Origin: Octopus sinensis
Taxonomy: Eukaryota
DNA length: 64,000 bases
Direction of reading: 5' to 3'
Assembly: GCF_006345805.1 (NCBI RefSeq)
Contig: NC_042998.1
Location: 23,684,001 to 23,748,000, forward strand
Below the pieces are notes generated by a model. It was not told the origin of the DNA, ran no database searches, and was given only the letters and a program-made list of their open reading frames with translations. This document shows positions 36,603-50,818 of this stretch, in pieces; position 1 is the stretch's first letter, and each line of letters opens with the position of its first letter. The translations under genes and the position numbers were made by a program.

Positions 36603-37335
36603 ATCATCATCATCATGATTTAGCGTCCGTTTTCCATGCTAGCATGGGTTGGACGGTTCAACTGGTGTCTGGGGAGCCCGAAGGCTGCACCAGGCCAGTC
36701 AGATCTGGCAGTGTTTCTACAGCTGGATGCCCTTCCTAATGCCAACCACTCCGAGAGTGTAGTGGGTGATTTTATGTGCCACCGACACAGGTGCCAGACG
36801 AGGCTGGCGAACGGCCATGCTTGGATGGTGTTTTTTATGTGCCACCGACACAGGTGCCAGACGAGGCTGGCAGACGGCCACGCTCGGATGGTGTTTTTAT
36901 GTGCCACCGACACAGGTGCCAGATGAGGCTGGCGAATGGCCACGATCGGATGGTGTTTGTTACGTGCCCACAGCACGGAGGCCAGTCGATGCGGTACTGG
37001 CTACGGCCACGTTCGGATGGTTTTCTTGTGTGCCACCGGCACTGGTACCACAAAGATACAAATTCCATTGATGTTCATCTATTTTGATTTGTTTTGATTT
37101 TCACTTGCCTCAACAGGTCATCACAAGTGTCACAAGAAGGAAGGTATGCACAGGTGGACTGACTACGTCCCAGGTAGGGGCCACGGGTTATGGCCTGACT
37201 AGTCTTGCCGGGTCTTCAGATGGTGTTTTTATGTGCCACCGACACAGGTGCCAGATGAGGCTGGCGAACGGCCACGATCGGATGGTGTTTGTTATGTGCC
37301 CACAGCACGGAGGCCAGTCGATGTGGTACTGGCTA
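36603..37335 (-). mobile_element. Family A RTE 3' end with internal duplication
   Basis: Conserved terminus; unit block 36880-37000 is repeated at 37220-37330. Confidence 0.87.
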
Positions 37336-37668
37336 GGATTATTGCAGAAGAATAACCAAGGAAGTATATATGGATTTAAAGACTCTCATCAAATGTAGTA
37401 ATTTTTGAATTTTAATTTATATTTCAAGCAAACACCATTTTACAGTTTTACTTCAAATTTAAAATAAAAAACTATCATTTGATATGTTATACAATATTCA
37501 TATTTTATATCTCTGAAGAGCAGAAGCGTTGTCTATAAATGCTTATCAATATAGGATTTCATTATAGGGACAACTCTTCTGTGAAACGATCGTAAGATGC
37601 TTAATTCATAACTTTTAATCTATCATATATATTTATACATTGTGTTTATACTTATACATATTTGCATA

Positions 37669-37705
<37 letters not shown>

Positions 37706-37822
37706 TTTTAAAACAACAACTACTTTCGCACGGGTATATCTTACTGAGGAGTTTTAGTATTGGTTTCCTTATATCAATAATAATAATAATGATATATTAT
37801 TAAAAATATATATGTATAATAG

Positions 37823-37913
37823 AGTACATTAAGTTCAAAAGAGTTGTTGGATGTATGGCTAAATGGAATTAACGAAGTAGAAAGGCGTGCTTACAACCAT
37901 TTCACTCATGAAG
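37823..37913 (+). CDS. Candidate host-gene exon, unknown protein
   Basis: ataatag|AGT...GAAG|gtaaaa, open frame STLSSKELLDVWLNGINEVERRAYNHFTHE in unique sequence. Confidence 0.3.
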
Positions 37914-38776
37914 GTAAAAAATTGTTTTATTGCTTCAAAGCTTCTGTGTTTACAAAAGTATATTCTTTTACTATGTTATTTGGCAAAGAGATTTGTCAAC
38001 CTCTCAGAGGAGCAAAGTTTATATGATTTTTTGTTTCCTGTATATGACTTAACTCCAGATAAAATGTTCCATTTTTGAATTGTAAGGTAGATTAAGCACT
38101 AGGATACCTGGGGTCATTTTGTTTGACTAAGACCCTTCTGAGTGGTGCCCCAGCTTGGCCACAGTCAAATGACCAAAACAAGTAAAGGATATATATATAT
38201 ATGTTTAATGAAAATGTTATTTACTTTATATATCCAGAAATACAATTACTTCAATCAAACAATAATTAATTAAAACTAATCATTCAAATATTAAAAATAA
38301 GTGATTAGATAGAAGAAGACAAAGATGTAACAATAGAATGTGAATTTGAATATAATATTAAAATATTCTTTTCTACTCTTGGCACAAGGCCTGAAATTTT
38401 GGGGGAGTGGGCCAGTCAATTAGATCGACCCCAGTATGCAACTGGTACTTAATTTATTGACCCCGAAAGGATGAAAGGCAAAGTTGACCTTGGTGGAATT
38501 TGAACTCAGAATGTAAAGACAGACGAAATACTGCTAAGCATTTTGCCTGGCGTGCTAACGTTTCTGCCAGCTTGCTGCCTTATTATATAAAATATTGTAT
38601 ATTACCATGGGCACAGGTGTGGCTGTGTGGTAAGAAGCTTGCTTCCCAATGACATGGTTCAAACCCACTGTGTGGTACTTTGGGCAAGTGTCTTGGGCTG
38701 ACCAACGCCTTATGAGTGGATTTGGTTGACGGAAACTGAAAGAAGCTCACTGTACATACATACATACATACATACA

Positions 38777-38810
<34 letters not shown>

Positions 38811-39584
38811 CATATATATATATATCAATATATATACATTCATACATACATATATACAAGAAATGTAATTTAGATTAAGTTGAATTAGGTACTCAAATTG
38901 AGGTACCTTGTTAGGACGAACTTATTTGTCCACTCAGACAACATTAGGTGTGTATCAAACTCTACATAGAATTTTTTCCACCTGATATTCTTGCAGTGTA
39001 TGTATGTATGTATGTATCTATCTTTCTATCTATGTATCTATGTGTATGTGTCTCTATGTCTGTTTTTGCTCACCTCACCCAGTGATGGTGTATTTACGTT
39101 GCTGTAGCTTTAACAGTTTGGCAAACAGAGAACAATAAAATAGGTACCAGGCTTAAAAAAGATAATAAGTCCTAAAACTCTTCTGGGTGGTGCCCCAGCA
39201 TGGCCACAGCCTAATGACTGAAACAAGTGAATGATAACATAATAAATGAAAAAGATATTCTTACCAATCTGGTTTTTTTTTCACTGGAGGAATGAATTTC
39301 TTTGAAGCGGGTTAAGGATTAAGTAAAATCCAACAAACTTTTTTACTGCTTCATTACTTGTCACCAACGAATATACCTGAATAGAGATTTGACTGATGCA
39401 TAAATACAGGTAACTTCCTTGTCAGACCTGTTTGGTCAATTAAGGAAGCAAAACTAAGACAAACAGATAGACAGAAAAACAGTTAAGTGGTAGGTGGTTG
39501 AGCTGGAAGGTTAGTGCATGGATTCAAGATATATGGTATTTAAAAAAAATAATTATTTAGTCTTCCTTCTTTGGACATTAAACT

Positions 39585-40022
39585 CTGCTTGCGAAGACCT
39601 GTTGAGGCAAGTGAAATCAAAATCAAATTCGATGACTGGCATCTGTGCTAGCGGGGTACAAAGAGCACCATACGAGTGTGATCGTTGACAGAGTGGCTAA
39701 CCGGCTTCTGTGTCAGTGGCACATAAAAGGCACCATTCGAGTGTGATCATTACCAGCGTCGCCTTACTGGCACTTGTGCCCATGCTAGTAGGGTGCTAAG
39801 AGCACCATCTGAGCGTGATCGTTGCCAGAGTAGCAAACTGGCTTCCATGCCAGTGGCACGTAAAAAGCACCCACTACACTCTCAGAGTGGTTGGTGTTAG
39901 GAAGGGCATCCAGCTGTAGAAACTCTGCCAGATCAAGACTGGAGCCTGATGCAGCCATCTGGTTCGCCAGCCCTCAGTCAAAATCGTCCAACCCATGCTA
40001 GCATGGAAAGCGGTCATTAAAC

Positions 40023-40053
<31 letters not shown>

Positions 40054-40060
40054 GTGATGA
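39585..40060 (+). mobile_element. Family A RTE 3' end
   Basis: Diverged units, conserved terminus, (GAT)n. A degenerate copy lies at ~40505-40636. Confidence 0.85.
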
Positions 40061-40733
40061 TTTATTTAGTCTATACATTTGTCAATTGATCATTATGAGA
40101 CATCTGTGTCCACTATGTACTCAGTCTCTCTCTATTTTCTATCTGTTTTCCACAACACTGTTGTTAACATTGCATATACAGATACACATATAGGCGTAGG
40201 AGTGGCTGTGTGGTAAGTAGCTTGCTTACCAACCACATGGTTCCAGATCCAATCCCACTGCATGGCACCTTGGGCAAGTGTCTTCTACTATAGCTTTGGC
40301 TCGACCAAAGACTTGTGAGTGGATTTGGTAGACGGAAACTGAAAGAAGCCTGTCGTATATATATATGTGTGTGTGTTTGTCTCCCTAACATTGCTTGACA
40401 AGCAGACTCATGACCAAGGACGTTCCAGCAGTGACCAGCTCATCTTTTTGGATATCCAGGAATGCATTATGGAATATTTTTCTTCTTTATTTTTTCTTTC
40501 TTGATGTCAGGAAGGGCATCCAGTTGTAGAAACCATGCCAAAACAGTCATAGAGCCTGAGCAGTTCTTCAGCTGGCCAGCTTCAGTCAAACCATCCAAGC
40601 CATGTTGGCAAAGAAAATGGGTATTAAATGATGATGAATTATCTTGAGATGTTAGAACAAAATTTGAGGGAAATTCAGTTGCTATTTCATTCAGATTGAG
40701 CATCTATGCAGAGGTTCCCTCAATGGCTCAGAT

Positions 40734-41568
40734 TAAGGCTGGATTAAGACCCATAGAGACCCTAAGCACTTAAAAGGTTTTAGTGCCACCACATATATGT
40801 AATCCAGAATATAAACAATAAACCTTAAAATAAATTTTTATTTTTCAAAATGAAACAAAACTGGGAGTAAGACGGAAAATAATGTTTATTTTTGTATACT
40901 TCCACATTTTGTATATTTCCACATTTTGTATACTTCCACATTTTGTATATTTCCACATTTTGTATACTTCCACATTTTGTATACTTCCACATTTTGTATA
41001 CTTCCACATTTTTGTATACTTCCACATTTTGTATACTTCCACATTTTTTATACTTCCTCATTTTTGTATACTTCCACATTTTGTATACTTCCACGTATTT
41101 GTATACTTCCACATTTTTGTATACTTCCACATTTTTGTATACTTCCACATTTTGTATACTTCCACATTTTGTTTACTTCCATATTTTTGTATACTTCCAC
41201 ATTAATTATATTTGATAAGTTTTCTCTTTGAACAGATCTTCAAAATTAATCTTACGTTACGCATCTGCTTCTCTTCTTATTAAAAATAAAGCATCCAGCC
41301 CACCTTGTTGCACAGTTATTTTGACGAGATTTTTGATATTCTTCAACTGAGAAAATGAATGCTCAGCAGAGCAATCTGTGACCATTAATGTTAAAAGTAT
41401 ATGAAAGGTAATATCTGCATTTGGAAAGACACAGTCAATAATGTTTATTGAGCAAGTTTAAAACGATTACTAATGTGCTGTAAACTATTTACCATCTCTG
41501 TGGTGGCCTCTCCTTCCCTCGATGCCCTAAGCAAGTGCTTATTTTGCTTAAGGATTAATCCAGTACTG
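40734..41568 (-). mobile_element. Internally deleted hAT transposon with 8-bp TSD GCTCAGAT
   Basis: GCTCAGAT at 40726-40733 and 41569-41576; imperfect TIRs (taaggctggattaa / cagtactggattaa); dimerisation-domain remnant at ~41210-41442, VFPNADITFHILLTLMVTDCSAEHSFSQLKNIKN. Confidence 0.88.
40889..41202. repeat. 17-18 bp minisatellite (acattttgtatacttcc), about 18 copies, inside the hAT element
   Basis: Direct tandem periodicity. Confidence 0.95.
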
Positions 41569-41609
41569 GCTCAGATTCTTTCAGCAATAGTTTTTCAGAG
41601 CCAAGAAAC

Positions 41610-42027
41610 ATTAGCGCACCGGGTGAAATGCTTAGTGGTATTTCGTCTGCCGTTACGTTCTGAGTTCAAATTCCTCCAAGGTCGACTTTGCCTTTCATCC
41701 TTTCAGGGTCGATTAAATAAGTACCAGTTATGTTTATCCCCTTGTGGGCAATAAAGAAATAAGAAAGTGTATCTTTCTTAATCCATTTGTCTGTCTTTGT
41801 TTGTCCTCTCTGTGTTTAGCTCCTTGTGGGTAGTAAAGAAATAGGTATTTCATCTGCCCTTACATTCTGAGTTCAAATTCCACCAAGGTCGACTTTGCCT
41901 TTCATCCTTTCAGGGTCGATAAATTAAGTGCCAGTTACACACTGGGGTCGATGTAATCAACTTAATCCCCTTATCCTTGTTTGTCCCTTCTATGTTTAGC
42001 CCCTTGTGGGCAATAAAGAAATAAGAA
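41610..42027 (+). mobile_element. Tandem family D SINE units
   Basis: Core and ataaagaaataagaaagtgtatc tail duplicated. Confidence 0.8.
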
Positions 42028-42606
42028 AGTGTATCAGCTTCAACAGGCAATCCTCATAAACACTTATCATTAGAAACTCTGTGGTTCACACCAAAGAGAA
42101 GCATGTTTCTTGAATTTTGTATATCTTTACCGAGCTTAGCTTGCACCCTTGCAGATGGAATTCGAACCATTAATGCTTTGGCTCATTTGTCAGCATTTTG
42201 ATATCTTAGCTAGATGCAACTCAAATATGATTATTAAAAATATCCCCCACCTTCCTTTAATAGTATTCTTCATTACAAAACAAAATTTCTATAACTGCTG
42301 CAAAACAGACATTGCGATTTGATGTAATATATCTTGTCAATTATGTTAGTCTGAAGCTCACCGCAGGAATAATTGAAATTTTAATTAACTTTAGCTAGAT
42401 TTAGATATCGGTTTCTTTCTTTCTTTTTTTTTTTTGGTAGTTTTTTTTTCTTTTTCTTTAATATAAAATTATACCAAAAAAAAAGACAAAATGGTATTAA
42501 AAGAAATTTGCCAATAGATCCTGTCGAGAAAGAATCTGTTAAAAATAACTCCTTTTGAATAATTATGTCTATCCATGTGGTGGTCATATTACATTTATTT
42601 TGTCAG

Positions 42607-42731
42607 TTTATTGGCGAAGTATCGCAATTTACTTTTATACAATCACCGTATTATTGGCGGTAAAATTGGAGTTACATGCAATTAGTGATAACTGGAGGTC
42701 AACACAAATAAAGAATAAGGATCACCACCAT

Positions 42732-42763
<32 letters not shown>

Positions 42764-42877
42764 TCACCGTTTCCCTCGTTATTATTTCCTTAGAATAGCA
42801 TTTTCAAACCTTACAGATGTTGTCGTCACATATATTTATGTAAATATGTGCAAAGCAGTCTCAGAAGTGGATTTGTG
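42607..42877 (+). CDS. Two candidate small exons (42607-42659, 42817-42877)
   Basis: tttattttgtcag| ... |gtaaaa and aaccttacag| ... |gtaaat; two joined frames are open; no recognisable homology. Confidence 0.2.
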
Positions 42878-43325
42878 GTAAATATAATCTTTTTAAGTCA
42901 GATTTTTACCATTGTGTATTCTAAATGCAACCATTAACCATTATTTTTCTAGTTTTCTGTCTGGTCTTTACTAATTCATTTAATAGTCACTTTAGAATAT
43001 TATAACTAATACTTATTACTGGTCAACAATAGTATTGATGTATTGATGCCAAACACCTTTTCTTTTTTTTTGGGGGGGGGATTTCTTTTTTTTTTGTGTG
43101 TGTGTTTTCAGCTCTGTTTTATGTATTAATATCTAATACATCAATAATATTCCTTCTTAACCTTTTTCTTTCATTTGTGTGTGTTGTAATTCTGTCTAGT
43201 TTGTTGCTTTCTGAGTATTCGTATGTCTGTGTCTGGCCAAATTATCTCGTCTCTGTGTTTCTTTATCTAGCATAGACTAATGTTCATAAATTTTTTTCCT
43301 CACTTCAAGGTTGCTTTGACACTGT

Positions 43326-43810
<485 letters not shown>

Positions 43811-45077
43811 GTTTGGCTTTTGCTTTGTATTTGCACAAGTTGACTCCAAGTCTCATTCAGAGACCTCAAGAGACAACAAGTTAGAAGTTCAAGTTGGTGT
43901 TATGACCAGGGTGCCATATGTTTGGTTTTGCACAGAGTATTGTTGTAGAGAATGTCTGTCAAAACATAAGAAAATTAGAAGTTTGTTTTAAAAGTAATTT
44001 GATTATAAGATGATAGTCTGATGTTAAGATGACAGTAAAAAGTATTTGTAATTAAGTACATTTAAAAGTACTTCTGACAATATTTACAGATTGAAATGTT
44101 TTGGGGATTACATAGATAATATTTTTTGAATTTCTTCCATTTTTGAATTTCCTGGTATCTGAGATAGGTGGAAATCAGCCCCTTTTGCTATCATTCCTAG
44201 GACACCTTAGGGCAACAGGTTATTATTATCATTATTATTACTATTATTATTATTATTATTTGGTTTGCTGTAGGCAATATGTGGGTTTTTGTGGGGTCCG
44301 GGGGTGGCAAAGTGAAGGGCTGCTGCAGGCAGCCCTTCACTCTAGCTATGCTAGCACTTGAAAGGTGGTGAAATGCTTAGCAGTATTTCACCCATTGCTA
44401 TGTTCTGAGTGCAAATTCTACTGGGGTCAACCTTGCATTTCATCCTTTTGGGGTCGATTAAAAAAGAACCTGTTACCCACTGGGGTTGATGTAATCAACT
44501 TAATCCCCTCCCACAAGCTGCTGTTGTAAAAATTTGAAACCCTTACTGTGCCTTGTGCCCTAATTGGTATTCTTGGTTTTCCACTTTCATGCTTCAAATC
44601 CTGCTTATTTTGATCTCAAAACCCTTTTGCTATGACAGTTTTTTTCTTTTTAAACCACCTTCTGGATAATGTTTTGGTTAGAAGGAGAAAAGATGTTTAT
44701 CAAAGTGCAAAGAATTTTGTTCCAGTTTTTGATAATTATATTTGGTTTGTCTTTATCTTCTTATCAGTCTTGACTAGTATGTCTGAGTGTAGCCAAGAAA
44801 TTGTTGTGTTCTGTTTCTTACCTGTATATATTAATTCTTATTTTATTTTCTGATCAGTCTATTCTTATACTGACATAACTGCCAACTCAACTGTGGCTTG
44901 TAATAAAAATAAGTGTGGGCTTGTCACTTTCTGCTTTCTTCAGGAAACAGTGTCAATGACCAGTGAATTTCACTGGAATTGTGTCACTGTGGCCAGAATG
45001 CAACCGTGTGGTAAAAATTTCAACACCTCAAGAGAGGTGTTGAAAATAAGCAGGATGTGAAACAGTGAATTTAATAA

Positions 45078-45600
45078 TTTTATAATAATAATAATAATAA
45101 TAATAATATAATAATGAAATTATTCTATACAGTGCTCAGGTGCACCACAACTTGTCAAAAAGTGTGTATAAGGCATATGCAGTAATGTACAAATGTCTGG
45201 AAAGTGAACAGTGTATGAGTCAGATACATGCTTGCGTGTGTATGGAGGGGAGAAAATCAGGAGTAATGTTGGCGAATCTCAGGAAGCATGGAAGTTTTGC
45301 AGGATGCAGTGCTCCGACAACTAACAACTGATGCCGGTAGTCTGTTCCATGCTTCAGTAACTCTTAGCGTGAAAAAATGCTTCCGAAAATCATGGGAGCT
45401 GTGCTGTTTTCTGACTTTGTAAACATGTCCACGGGTGTTAGACAGGTGGAGTTTGAAAAGGTGCTCAGAGTTATTGTTTGTAAGATGGTTAATAATTTTA
45501 TGGGTGTCTGCCAAGTCAGCTGCCACATGTCGGAGTTTCAATGTGTCCATGCCCAGAGAAGTAAGGCGTTCAGAATATGGCAGATTTTAAATGGGTAAAA
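45078..45600 (-). mobile_element. CR1-clade LINE 3' fragment (same family as 10185-10520)
   Basis: TRGHVYKVRKQHSSHDFRKHFFTLRVTEAWNRLP; near-identical 3'UTR and (TTA)n tail. Confidence 0.88.
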
Positions 45601-45834
45601 CAGCTCCTCCATGTTACAGCTAGTATTTTATTGTGACACTACTTTATTTCCAATAATTTGCCATTTAGGCATTTACAAAGAGGGGACAAACAAGGACAGA
45701 CAAGCATTACGGGTGAAGTAGCTTTACACGGTTAAAAATTTCGAATGAAATTACGGATGAGATTATAAACAATGAATTTTACCGAGACAAGTTTTAAAAA
45801 ATATTACATATGGATCATGTCGAAGGACAGACAC

Positions 45835-46330
45835 CCAGCCATCTGGGTAGAACCTTTACTTCTTGATCCTGCAGTAACTATAGCGAAAACCTTATTTACC
45901 AATTGGATGCCTAGATTTGGCATACCAAACACAGTAACAACAGATCGTGGTAGACAATTTGAGTCTAGCCTTTTCGCAGAATTCAAGAAGTTGTTAGGGA
46001 TTAATAGAATTCGTACAACTTCATATCACCCACAATCTAACGGCATGACAGAAAAGTTTCATAGGCAGTTGAAATTTTTATTTAGAATTTATTCTGATTC
46101 TAACAGTTGGTTAGAAGCCTTACCAGTGGTATTGTTAGGAATTAGAAGTGCTGTTAAAGAAAATTTACAATATTCTCCTGCTGAACTCTTGTACGGAACA
46201 ACATTAACTCTACCTGGTTAAATGTGCGAAGAAACCAATTCTTTTAATGGAGATGTTAATGATTATGTAACTCGTCTTAAGAGATTTCTTACTGATATTC
46301 CTTCTTTTGCAAGAAAATTGCAACAATCCA
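45835..46330 (+). pseudogene. Ty3/Gypsy LTR-retrotransposon integrase fragment
   Basis: WMPRFGIPNTVTTDRGRQFES...RTTSYHPQSNGMTEKFHRQLK...WLEALPVVLLGIRS (catalytic core D..E region), stop after TLTLPG; no LTRs seen. Confidence 0.9.
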
Positions 46331-47204
46331 GCCACACTTACCTGGTACCAAACATACCCAGCTTACCCCTATGACATTTTTGCAGCCAGTGTTCACCAAG
46401 CTGGACAGAATAACTATGAGAGCTCTTTGTAATATTACTTGCAATAGACTGGCATCCTATTGTATGCTGATAGAGTAGGAGAGGAGATTTATCTCACATG
46501 TCTGTTAATGCTTCAGAATCCAAACAATATTTGAATAAATATTACAAATATTTTCCAAGTGTAAAACATTACTTCAAATAATTCAAACACAAATAAGCCT
46601 AAACCGCACAACTGTACATGCCAGCTAGCTAACACCGAAGAGCTGATACAAGATAAATAATTGATTAAATGCTACATGAATAAATGTTAAATTTATTCCC
46701 AAACTTGTTGGGCGAGATAAAGTCGGGGAAATCTTTTTAAAAATCTCCATGATATAATCAATTACTTCTACCATTTGTCCAGCATAATATTAAACTGGAG
46801 ATGTTTGAGTTTTTGTGGTTGGTCTATAATGGTTAAAATCAATACAAGTTTCTTTAAACATTGAGAAGCATATCTGTCTGGCTGGCTCCCCAAGAATATT
46901 GTAATATGTTATTGGAAAATTAACATTCATTCAAAGTTAACAATTACTTTATATTTTTTTCGAAACACAATAAACCACATTAGCCATGAAAAATAAAAAA
47001 GAAACAAATATGCAATTTATTTCAACAATACAATGCAGATGACATTACTGCATAAATCATGAGATCGCATCACATATATGCATGAATATATATAATGTAT
47101 ATATTACATGTTATATATATATAATATACACATTATGTCTAAATGCATACTTACAAACACATGCATGCCCTTTTATACATGTGCAATGTAGGTATAAATA
47201 TATC

Positions 47205-48346
47205 TATCATCATCATTGTTTAATGTCCGCTTTCCATGCTGGCATGGGTTGGACGATTTGACTGAGGTCTGGTGAACCAGATGGCTGCACCAGGCTCCAA
47301 TCTGATCTGGTTTAGTTTCTACAGCTGGATGCCCTTCCTAACGTCAACCACTCCGAGAGTGTAGTGGGTGCTTTTACGTGCCACCGGCACGAGGGCAAGC
47401 CAGGCAGTACTAGCAACGGCCATGCACAAATGGTGTTCTTTACATGCCACCGGCACAGGAGCAAATCCAGCAGCACTGGCAACAACCTCACTCAAATGTT
47501 TTTTCATGTGCCACCAGCACAAGTGCCATTAAGGGGACATTGAAGTAAATAACTATAGACATAAGTGTTTGTGTGTGAGACACTCTCTCTTTCTCATCAT
47601 CATCATCATCATCATCATCACCGTCATCATTTTAATATCCATTTTCCATGCTAGCATGGGTTGGACAGTTTGACAGGAGCTGGTATGGCTGGCGGGGGTG
47701 GGAGGCACACAAGGTCACCCTGAGTACTATCGTCTGTTTTGGCATGGTTTCTACAGCTGGATGCCCTTCCTAACATTAACCACTTTACAGAGTGTACTTG
47801 GTGCTTTTTACATGGCACCTGCACATGTGCATTTTATGTGGCACCAGCATCAACAGGGTCACCAAGTAACTTGCAAGACATAGACCACTTTGTTGAAAGA
47901 AGGAGTAGGGCCAAGAGAAGTGTCTATGCTTTGTATTTGCTTTGCATTGGTCTTGATATGAAGATGTGAAATGAAACACATGTTATGTATCTTGGGATGA
48001 TCATTTTGCCAATAAATGACACACACACTGGTTGTATTTAACTTGTTTTTATTATAATTAGTCATGGTGTCCTGCGCTGCCTGACTGGTGTCCGTGTTGG
48101 TGACATGTAAAAATCACCAACCAATCATGTCTGTTTGCCAGCCTTCTCTGGCCTCTGTGCTGGTGGCACGTAAAAGCACCCACTACACTGTCAGAGTGGT
48201 TGGCATTAGGAAGGGCATCCAGCTGTAGAAACACTGCCAGATCAGACTGGGCCTGGTTCAGCCTCCTGGCTTCCCAGACCCCGGTTGAACTGTCCAACCC
48301 ATGCTAGCATGGAAAACGGACGTTAAACGATGATGATGATGATGAT
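47205..48346. mobile_element. Cluster of three family A RTE 3' ends (47205-47525 -, 47595-47880 -, 48075-48346 +)
   Basis: Each carries the conserved terminus and (CAT/GAT)n tail. Confidence 0.85.
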
Positions 48347-49135
48347 AGCTAATCACTTAACTGATTGATTGGTTGAGTGATCATTTGGCAAGCTATTGAT
48401 CAACTGGTTTATCAGAGTCCTTTTCTTGCCATTTGTGACTTCATCAATGACATACCCTCGTTATCTCAGGTCTGGACCATTGATTCCGTGCCTTTGTTAC
48501 TGTATTTACACAGTTGGAGATTTGTGTGCATGTGTATGTGTGTATGCATGTATGTGTATGTGCATGTGTGCATGTGTGTGTGTGATGGTGTATGTATAAG
48601 GGGAATTTGCAAATAACAAGACCATATGTGTGTGTGAAGGTGCATGGCTCAGTGGTTAGAGGTGTTCAGCTCATGATCGTAAGGTCAAGAGTTCAATATC
48701 TGGTGATGCATTGTGTCCTTGAGCAAGTCACTTTATTTCACTTTGCTCCACTCTACTCAGCTAGTAAAAATGAGTTGGCCTGTATTTCAAAGGGCCAGCC
48801 TTGTCACATTCTGTGTCACGTTGAATCTCCCTGAGATCTACTATACATTAAAGGTATGCATGCCTGTGGAGTGCTCAGCCACTTGCACATTCATTTCCTG
48901 AGCAGGATGTCTCATTGTGCATCCCTGATGAAGGGACATAACCTGGAAATCGCAATACACAGATATTGTTTGGAGCTGAGTGAGGTAGCTAGATTCCCTT
49001 GTTCGAAAATGTAAGGACACAGATCGTGTCGTATAGCCAGCTGGAGACGATGTCTCCTGGGGCTAAATTACAGCAACATTCATCCTAAACTAGGACTGCC
49101 ATGTTATGTTGGCAAACAATCTTTATTCTATAAGA

Positions 49136-49437
49136 TCAAATGGAAATTGTAGTTGTGTTACCTGTGCCGGTGGCACGTAAAAAGCACCATCCGAATGTGG
49201 CCAATGCCAGTGCCACCTTGACTGGCTTCCATGCCGGTGGCATGTAAAAAGCACCCACTACACTCACAGAGTGGTTGGCATTAGGAAGGGCATCCAGCTG
49301 TGGAAACATTGCCAGATCAGACTAGAGCCTGGTGCAGCTTCCTGGCTTCCCAGACCCCTGTCGAATCGTCCAACCCGTGCTGGCACAGAAAACGGATGTT
49401 AAACGATGATGATGATGATGACGATGATGATGATGAT
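49136..49437 (+). mobile_element. Family A RTE 3' end
   Basis: Conserved terminus and tail. Another copy lies at 50375-50615 (-). Confidence 0.85.
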
Positions 49438-49459
49438 TTATGTTCTCTAAATATCTCCT

Positions 49460-49660
49460 TTACAGGATGAAAGTTGTCAATTTTTCTCCTAAGTACTTTG
49501 TAAGTTTTCTGTCCATCCAAACCATGAAGACGTTGGTCACATCTCCAGTAATATGGATGCAGATGGTTGCCCCTTTTCCTTGTATATTTCCTTGTTTGCT
49601 GTTAAATCTGTGTATATGCTTCTTCACTGAAGTTCTTACATTGACACCCACTGCTTAAGT
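49460..49660 (-). pseudogene. Penelope-like RT fragment (region preceding YxDD)
   Basis: FNSKQGNIQGKGATICIHITGDVTNVFMVWMDRKL resembles the PLE F..K.Y.Q..G..MG/IG....A..FM motif. Confidence 0.55.
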
Positions 49661-49689
49661 GAACAACTTTCGCAAATGATTGCTGTTCT

Positions 49690-50150
49690 CTGGAGATTAA
49701 TGTTTGATATATTGACGGCATGTAGATGATATACTTATTTTAATGGAACACTGGAAGATGTCAAGTCTATGAAAGAAAATAGAAAACTACAATTTATTAT
49801 CGAGAACTACAGATAAATATAACTGCTAGGGATAATAACTTAATTTCTAGACATAAATCTTCTGTTAAAATATAACAAATATATTACATTTGTCTACATT
49901 AATGATGATACTAGTTTTATATAGAAAGTGAATGTTCTCATATTCACATAGGTATAAAATGACAATGGTAAAATTCTAATATGGAAGATTTCCTTACTCA
50001 AACTGAGCACCATGTAAAGAAATCTACAGAAAATTGTGAACACAAATCATCTATGGGGAGAAAAACAACTAAATAGACATTAACATACGACTGTGCGGAG
50101 ACAAATTCAAGTAGCAAACTACACCAGTCACAACATCTATAAATAATATA
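49690..50150 (+). pseudogene. Penelope-like RT fragment (YxDD to thumb)
   Basis: RHVDDILILME...LQFIIE...FLDIN...TFVY matches the PLE RYVDD / KFT.E / FLD / VY pattern; many stops. Confidence 0.65.
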
Positions 50151-50786
50151 TCAGCCACACATAATACTTAAAAGTGTAATAATGTTTCAGCTTTATAGTA
50201 TACAGGTATGGCCATGTGGTAAGAAGTTTCGCTTCTCAACCACACGGTTCTAGGATCAGTCTCACTGAGTGACAGACTTTAGGTAAATGTCTTCTATTAT
50301 AGCCTTGGACCTACTGAGGCCTTGTAAGTGGATTTGGTAGATGGAAACTGAAAGAAGCCTGTCAAATATGTATATCATCATCATCATCGTTTAACGTCCG
50401 TTTTCCGTGCTAGCACGGGTTGGACGGTTCGACCAGGGTCTGGGAAGCCAGGAGGCTGCACCAGGCTCCAGTCTGATCTGGCAGTGTTTCTACAGCTGGA
50501 TGCCCTTCCTAATGCCAACCACTCCGAGAGTGTAGTGGGTGCTTTTTATGTGCCACTGGCACAGGTGTCAGGGGAGGCTGGCAGCGGCCACGATCAGTTG
50601 GTGCTTTTTACGTGCCCTCTTTCTAAATATTCATTCTTTCTCTGTTTATTTTCTTTTATTCCTTTCTGTTGAAGAACATAGGCTTGAAATGTCAAAGACT
50701 TTTTCATTTACCTGAGCATCAAACTAATACATTTGCTTGTTGTTCATACATCTGTCTTTGTCGTTTGCTTTTCTGCAAATTTCAAG

Positions 50787-50818
<32 letters not shown>

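Noticed and set aside
40825-41231. Five ORFs of 65-107 aa
   Set aside because: Translations of the 17-bp minisatellite.
42555-42881. 108-aa ORF with poly-His
   Set aside because: The poly-His run is a (CAT/CAC)n microsatellite; only the flanking splice-bounded pieces are kept as weak exon candidates.
48920-48965. CTGATGA...GAAA as a fifth intact hammerhead
   Set aside because: No canonical stem III/NUH or closing stem I can be drawn; at best a decayed remnant.
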